From positions 596 through 64,595 of the forward strand of contig JAKAJP010000018.1 of assembly GCA_021824915.1 (NCBI GenBank): a stretch of 64,000 nt of DNA, read 5' to 3'. The DNA is from a bacterium (GTDB lineage: Bacteria > Patescibacteriota > Microgenomatia > UBA8517). Position 1 is the first letter of the stretch, and every line of letters begins with the position of its first letter. Position numbers and translations under genes: made by a program. Below the pieces are notes generated by a model. The model worked only from the letters and a program-made list of their open reading frames with translations. It was not told the origin of the DNA and ran no database searches. Of the stretch, positions 59,300 through 64,000 are shown one piece after another.

Positions 59300-60328
59300 A
59301 TGCGGGATGTTTTTTTGGTGATAGCTATAGCCTTTTTGATTTTCTTAAGTGTTTTTATCCTTAAGGCAATCGCTCCAAGTCTTTTTCCGTTTTATTTTGT
59401 TTATATTGCGGTGGGTATAGTCACCTTTTTGATCTTTTCGAAGGTCGGATTTGAGGTTACTTCAATTTTTTCTAAGCATTTTTATATTTTTTCGATTTTT
59501 CTTTTAATTCTGACACTAATCATTGGGAGAGTGACTAGAGGTGCGGTTCGTTGGATTCCAATCGGGGCCTTTACTGTTCAAGCTGCTGAAATTGTTCGAC
59601 CTTTTCTTCTTCTTTTTTTTGCGGTCTTTCTAACTCAAAAATCAGTTAGTCTTAAAAGGTTTCTTATTGCACTGGTTTTACTTGCTATTCCCTCACTTTT
59701 GATTTTAATACAACCATCTCTGGGAGTAACTGTTCTTACAGTTATTGGTTTCTTGGGGGTAATGCTTGCCTCGAAATTTGACAAAAAGTACATTCTTTGG
59801 GGGATATTGGGAATGTTGGTCCTTTTACCTATTGTCTGGCTGGTTATGGCTCCGTACCAAAGGGGGCGGGTTGTTACTTTTTTGGATCCAGCCAGCGATC
59901 CCTTGGGAGCCGGTTATAATAGTCTTCAATCAACAATCTCGGTGGGATCGGGAAAACTCACAGGGATGGGTCTTGGTAGAGGTATTCAAACTCAACTTTC
60001 ATTTTTACCGGAAAAACAGACAGATTTTGTCTTTGCTGCAGTAGCTGAAGAATTGGGGTTTACAGGTGTAATACTGATGCTTATGGCTATTTTTGTAGTC
60101 CTATACCGGTTGACCGTTTATATGGAGAACGTCGTAAGTCCTACCGCCCGGGCATATGTTTCGGGTCTATTTTTGACACTTCTGGCTCAGGTTTTTACCC
60201 ATGTGGGTATGAATTTGGGAATGTTACCCATTACCGGGCTCCCATTTCCTTTGGTTTCGGCGGGCGGTTCTTCGTTCCTTGCCACAATGATTGGGTTGGG
60301 GATTGCAGTTGGAGCCTATAAAAAGTAA
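59300..60328 (+). CDS. rodA: SEDS protein RodA
   Basis: GAVRWI, PYQ..R, DPLGAGY, FLPEKQTDFVF, PITGLPFP; second SEDS gene, outside dcw. Confidence 0.88.
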   Translation: MRDVFLVIAIAFLIFLSVFILKAIAPSLFPFYFVYIAVGIVTFLIFSKVGFEVTSIFSKHFYIFSIFLLILTLIIGRVTRGAVRWIPIGAFTVQAAEIVRPFLLLFFAVFLTQKSVSLKRFLIALVLLAIPSLLILIQPSLGVTVLTVIGFLGVMLASKFDKKYILWGILGMLVLLPIVWLVMAPYQRGRVVTFLDPASDPLGAGYNSLQSTISVGSGKLTGMGLGRGIQTQLSFLPEKQTDFVFAAVAEELGFTGVILMLMAIFVVLYRLTVYMENVVSPTARAYVSGLFLTLLAQVFTHVGMNLGMLPITGLPFPLVSAGGSSFLATMIGLGIAVGAYKK

Positions 60329-60343
60329 AATACAGGCATTGTT

Positions 60344-60652
60344 ATGAAATACGCGGTTGTTAGAATTAGTGGAAGTCAGTATAGAGTCACCGAAGGCGAG
60401 GAGATTTTGGTGAATAAACTCCCCGATCCAAAGAAATTTGAGGCCGAGGTGCTTTTGGTTGTTGACGGAGAAAAAGTTTCTGTCGGAAAGCCAGTAGCCT
60501 CTGGTTCAAAAGTTACTTTCAAAGTGATTAGTGAAGTGGAAAAAGGGGATAAAGTTGATGTTTATAAGTTTAAGGCAAAAAGCAGGTATAGAAAACACAC
60601 CGGTTTTACACCAAGATTTACACGACTTCTGGTTCAAAGTATAACTTTCTGA
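60344..60652 (+). CDS. rplU: 50S ribosomal protein L21
   Basis: MKYAVV..SGSQYRV.EG, KGDKV, KSRYRKHTG. Confidence 0.96.
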   Translation: MKYAVVRISGSQYRVTEGEEILVNKLPDPKKFEAEVLLVVDGEKVSVGKPVASGSKVTFKVISEVEKGDKVDVYKFKAKSRYRKHTGFTPRFTRLLVQSITF

Positions 60653-60657
60653 TCATC

Positions 60658-60686
60658 TTGACAACTGTGAAAAGTCAAGATATATT
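60658..60686 (+). promoter_or_regulatory. Internal sigma70-type promoter for rpmA-parB
   Basis: TTGACA (60658-63), 17 nt, TATATT (60681-86). Confidence 0.65.
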
Positions 60687-60697
60687 GCACTAGACAT

Positions 60698-60949
60698 ATG
60701 TCCACACACAAAGCTGCAGGAAAAGCTTCCCAACACGTAAGCCCGGCAGGAAAAAGGCTGGGAATAAAAAAATCTGATGGATCAAAAGTTACTCCGGGTA
60801 TGATTATTATCAGGCAACGAGGGTCACAAATTAGGCTTGGTAGAGGAGTGGCAATGGGGCGAGATCATACAATTTATGCAGTAGTTAAAGGAGTTGTAAA
60901 ATTCGGGAAAAAATTGGGAAGAAAGTTCGTAGGAGTTGTAACTAAATAG
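60698..60949 (+). CDS. rpmA: 50S ribosomal protein L27
   Basis: MSTHKAAG, KRLGIK, IIIRQRG, GRDHTI. Confidence 0.96.
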   Translation: MSTHKAAGKASQHVSPAGKRLGIKKSDGSKVTPGMIIIRQRGSQIRLGRGVAMGRDHTIYAVVKGVVKFGKKLGRKFVGVVTK

Positions 60950-60950
60950 T

Positions 60951-61787
60951 ATGGCGGAAGAAGTAATTCAATTAGAGATTTCGCAGCTTCAACCAAATCC
61001 ACTTCAACCGCGTGGTGCAATAACTCCAGAATCATTAGTTGATTTAGTCGATTCAATTCGCGAGCATGGCATTTTGGAGCCATTAGTGGTTGCTAAAACT
61101 CCTGCTGGTTATCAAATTGTGGCCGGAGAGAGGCGTTGGAGAGCAGCAAAATTAGCAGGTTTAACTCATGTTCCGGCAATTATCCGTGAAACAAGCCCTA
61201 AGGGCATGCTTGAAATGGCTCTTGTGGAGAATGTCCAAAGGGTTGATCTTAATCCCCTTGATCGTGCAAAGGGTTTTGAAAGATTGATGAACGAATTCGG
61301 TCTTACCACAAGTGAGATTGCTGTAAGAATTGGAAAATCGGTTGCTTATGTAAGTAATTCCCTGAGACTTCTCTCTCTGCCTGACGCACTTAAAGATGGT
61401 CTTCTTTCAGGGCTTATCTCTGAAGGTCATGCAAGGGCGCTAGCGGCAATTGATGACCCTGCACTAATGATTGAAGCCTATAAAATTGTGCTTCGCGAGA
61501 GCGGAAGTGTAAGACGTGCTGAGGAGCTCGCCAGACGGATGAAGGCTAAAAGTCAACAGGAAGCCAAAAAGACAATCTCTCAAATTAGAGTTGTTTCTGA
61601 GGAACTTGATCGTATGCAGCAGGAATTTGAAACCGCCTTGAGTAATGGTGTAAGCGATGATGCTAAAAAGACTTCCGTAAAGCTTATTAGGTCCAGGCGA
61701 GAGACAAGGTTGGTATTTATATTTAAGGGCGGTTTGGACGAAACAGAAGACAGGCTTCAGAAGATGTACAAAGCTTTAACTCAGTAG
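60951..61787 (+). CDS. parB: Chromosome partitioning protein ParB/Spo0J
   Basis: PNPLQPR, GILEP, AGERRWRAA, ENVQR.DL, HTH, GHARAL. Confidence 0.95.
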   Translation: MAEEVIQLEISQLQPNPLQPRGAITPESLVDLVDSIREHGILEPLVVAKTPAGYQIVAGERRWRAAKLAGLTHVPAIIRETSPKGMLEMALVENVQRVDLNPLDRAKGFERLMNEFGLTTSEIAVRIGKSVAYVSNSLRLLSLPDALKDGLLSGLISEGHARALAAIDDPALMIEAYKIVLRESGSVRRAEELARRMKAKSQQEAKKTISQIRVVSEELDRMQQEFETALSNGVSDDAKKTSVKLIRSRRETRLVFIFKGGLDETEDRLQKMYKALTQ

Positions 61788-62335
61788 CTTATTTTTTTAA
61801 CTACTCCAGCGAGATTTGGCGGCCAGTAAACGACCCATGCGCGTCCAGTGATTTTATTTGGCGTTATGGGACCCCAAGAACGTGAATCTGAGGAGTGCTC
61901 GCGGTTATCACCCATTACAAATAGTTCTCCGGGTTTAACGGTATATTCAACTCCTTCCGCCAGAAAATCTCCTCCGGAGGTATAGACATCAGATGACAGA
62001 TATTTACTTTCATCAAGAAGTTGGCCGTTGATATAGACTCTGCCGTTTCTAACCATAACACGTTCTCCGGGGAGCCCTATTACTCTTTTTATGAACTCAT
62101 CGGAATCGCTTATTGGGGGTTGAAAGACAACAACATCACCCCGCTGGGGCTTATGTAAATAGTAGGTGACTTTTTCAGTAAGCAAATATTCAGCATCCGG
62201 AAAGTTTGGTTCCATAGATTGGCCCTTAATTTTGTGGGGTCGCATAATAAGAAGATAAACGAAGAAAAAGATGCCTATGGCAAAGACAATAACCTCCAAA
62301 ACATCCAAAAAAAATGCGCCGAGACGCTTGAGCAT
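61781..62335 (-). CDS. lepB: Signal peptidase I
   Basis: GQSMEP, RGDVVVF, FIKRVIGLPG, MGDNREHSSDSR. Confidence 0.96.
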   Translation of the reverse strand: MLKRLGAFFLDVLEVIVFAIGIFFFVYLLIMRPHKIKGQSMEPNFPDAEYLLTEKVTYYLHKPQRGDVVVFQPPISDSDEFIKRVIGLPGERVMVRNGRVYINGQLLDESKYLSSDVYTSGGDFLAEGVEYTVKPGELFVMGDNREHSSDSRSWGPITPNKITGRAWVVYWPPNLAGVVKKISY

Positions 62336-62640
62336 AACTTAATTATGTTTTGTTTACCGGAGATTTACAAGGAGTATTTAATCCCAAGTATGACCCATTT
62401 CCATTTTGGTGGGGTGTGTTTCAGTCGTTGGCTTCCTTAGAATATTTCTAATTTTAACCTTTACTTTTTGTGGAATATCTTTGATTGCATCAGTGTGCAC
62501 GATGCTTGCATTTGGGTTGGTTGGTGCTTGTCTATGTAGGTCGCAATCTTTACACACAAGGGTAATAATCTTACAACCTGCTTTTTGTGTCAAGACTTAA
62601 TTTAAGGTTGGTAGAATGTTAGAATATAAGATTAGTACCT

Positions 62641-62714
62641 GCTCGAATAGCTCAGTTGGCTAGAGCGTTGCATTCACATTGCAAAGGTCCCTGGTTCGAG
62701 TCCAGGTTCGAGCA
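62641..62714 (+). tRNA. tRNA-Val (anticodon CAC), CCA not encoded
   Basis: Acceptor GCTCGAA/TTCGAGC plus discriminator A; D-arm GCTC/GAGC; anticodon arm TTGCA-TTCACAT-TGCAA; T-arm CCTGG-TTCGAGT-CCAGG. Confidence 0.96.
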
Positions 62715-62715
62715 C

Positions 62716-63384
62716 ATGACCAAGAAACTAGTTTTTTATGCGGTCTGGATTTTTTTAGTCCTATTTGGTTTGTATGTAGTAAAGGCTAATACTAACTTGG
62801 CCCCGGTGCTTCATAGCCGTTCCGCTTTGGCCAATCTTTCACAGAGAATTTTTGGAATACTTGTTTATATTTTGATGTTTTGGCAGATAATTTTGGGGGC
62901 CAACATGGAGTGGTGGACGGAAAAATTTGGGGGTTGGGTATTCAAGTTTCATGTTTACGAAGGGGTCTTTATATATTTGTTTATACTAGCCCACACTTTT
63001 TCATTTGTTCTTTTTAATTATTTTCTTTATCACAGATTTGACCCCATGTTTGTTTATCTTGATGCGTGTTTGCTTTGTAAAACATCGCTCGACTATTTTT
63101 ATACGATTGGGAGAATTAACTTCTGGCTAATCACAATCACTGTCTTTGCCGGGCTTTTTAGGGCATCAACTCCTTTTATGAGAGCAAATTGGAGAAAGTT
63201 CCATGTATTGAATTATTTGATCTTTCTTCTTGTAGGAGTGCATGCTTATTTTCTGGGAACCGATTTTTCAACCAAGCCTTTCTTTTATTTCGCAGTTTTT
63301 GCCTATGTGGCAGTTTTGTATATTATTATCTTCAGAAAACTTCCGGAGTTAATAAAAAATTTTCTATCTTGGGTTAGAGTTTAA
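62716..63384 (+). CDS. Ferric-reductase-like (heme b) transmembrane domain protein
   Basis: About six TM; His pairs FH...AH and WRKFHVLNY...H; true start is the ATG after the tRNA. Confidence 0.78.
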   Translation: MTKKLVFYAVWIFLVLFGLYVVKANTNLAPVLHSRSALANLSQRIFGILVYILMFWQIILGANMEWWTEKFGGWVFKFHVYEGVFIYLFILAHTFSFVLFNYFLYHRFDPMFVYLDACLLCKTSLDYFYTIGRINFWLITITVFAGLFRASTPFMRANWRKFHVLNYLIFLLVGVHAYFLGTDFSTKPFFYFAVFAYVAVLYIIIFRKLPELIKNFLSWVRV

Positions 63385-64000
63385 TTCAAGATATCTTCTT
63401 GTGGGTTTTCCAAAGAAAAATTGAGAGTTTTGAAATTGGGTGCAAAACCCTTGATATTATATTCCTTGTATTTAACATCCCCGTTTGGCAGAAATTGAGC
63501 AACAATAAATAAGGTATTATTTGATAACGGAAGCAAATTTAATCTGTAAGACCCAGATTTTGGATTATTAAAACTTACCATACCATTATTACTAATTCTA
63601 CGATTACCCTTCTGATCCGTAATTACAAAGTTTGACGGATAACCGATTATTATGAGCGAAGATTTTAGTTCGGAATTGAGCGGTGATAATTGAACATGGA
63701 ATGTTCCCAGAAATTTTAGTATTTCGGTCATTCCCTCCATAGAACTAACTAATCCTGAATGCGTTTGATTCATTGTTATGTTGTCTGCGCCGTCAAGGCG
63801 ACTGCTTATTCCTAAAACTGTGCCGTCTCCTTCTCGAGAAAATATTTTACTTGCCGGTTTACCATCTAACCAAAGATTGAAGCCTACCTCTCTTTTATTT
63901 GCTGGTTTTAGTGAGATTTCGGATAGGGTGTCATATCCATTTCCTGAAAGAGTTTTTACGTTTAAGCCGCTGGGAAGTGTGAAACCGGAATTTGCCCATG
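63381..64000 (-). CDS. C-terminal part of an LCAT/PGAP1-like alpha/beta hydrolase (5' end outside window)
   Basis: Frame stays open to the window edge; manual translation gives ...WLDGKP...EGDGTVLGISS...NQTHSGL (GDGTV Asp plus downstream His). Confidence 0.65.
   Translation of the reverse strand, partial: WANSGFTLPSGLNVKTLSGNGYDTLSEISLKPANKREVGFNLWLDGKPASKIFSREGDGTVLGISSRLDGADNITMNQTHSGLVSSMEGMTEILKFLGTFHVQLSPLNSELKSSLIIIGYPSNFVITDQKGNRRISNNGMVSFNNPKSGSYRLNLLPLSNNTLFIVAQFLPNGDVKYKEYNIKGFAPNFKTLNFSLENPQEDILN

Noticed and set aside
17040-60338. Identical 14-mer GTAAAATACAGGCA at 17040 and 60325, both upstream of genes
   Set aside because: Several 14-mer matches are expected by chance in 64 kb of AT-rich DNA, and the core is just a -10 element; only two copies seen.
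61180-61193. parS-like half site CGTGAAACA inside parB
   Set aside because: Only half of the 16-bp TGTTTCACGTGAAACA palindrome; explained by the codons for R-E-T.
62656-62715. N-terminal extension of the 62656-63384 ORF
   Set aside because: It lies within tRNA-Val; the plausible start is the ATG at 62716.
522-63377. Many short ORFs in the track overlapping long genes (e.g. 577-1014, 35243-35701, 53445-53996, 56141-56536)
   Set aside because: Antisense or alternate-frame shadows of well-supported genes, with no motifs or independent signals.
1-64000. Alternative genetic code (TGA = Gly, as in Gracilibacteria/Absconditabacteria)
   Set aside because: Conserved genes are full length under code 11, and several end at TGA in ATGA overlaps.
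62641-64000. tRNA-Val as the attachment site of an integrated element
   Set aside because: No integrase and no duplicate of the tRNA 3' end in the window; cannot be excluded beyond the edge.

Overview
Gene-dense, standard-code (TGA = stop) bacterial chromosomal segment. Gene content and compactness point to a Patescibacteria/CPR genome, probably Microgenomates; this is inference, not a computed placement. Layout: (1) 1-15.9 kb, surface-glycosylation locus with five GT4s, two GT2s, two ArnT/PMT-like GT-C proteins, an O-antigen-ligase-like protein, an LbH acetyltransferase, manC, a priming sugar transferase and a DUF4012-like protein. (2) recO, then an AT-rich candidate defence locus at 17.0-26.2 kb: PLD-nuclease/SNF2 helicase, large N6-adenine methyltransferase, short UvrD/GajB-like helicase and Cys-containing PD-(D/E)XK nuclease, tightly coupled and followed by a trypsin-like protease. 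(3) 27.5-37 kb, mixed accessory and housekeeping genes (znuCB, VKOR, DEDD exonuclease, cupin, LCP, tspO, glyQS). (4) 37.1-55.6 kb, a rearranged dcw cluster with a MurE-GlmU(N) fusion and an Asp-type MurA. (5) ileS with swapped GVHH signature, rodA, rplU-rpmA-parB, lepB, tRNA-Val(CAC) abutting a downstream ATG, and a truncated lipase-like gene. Across the window a -10 hexamer sits 5-6 nt before many start codons, suggesting widespread leaderless mRNAs. No CRISPR array, rRNA, integrase or transposase was seen.
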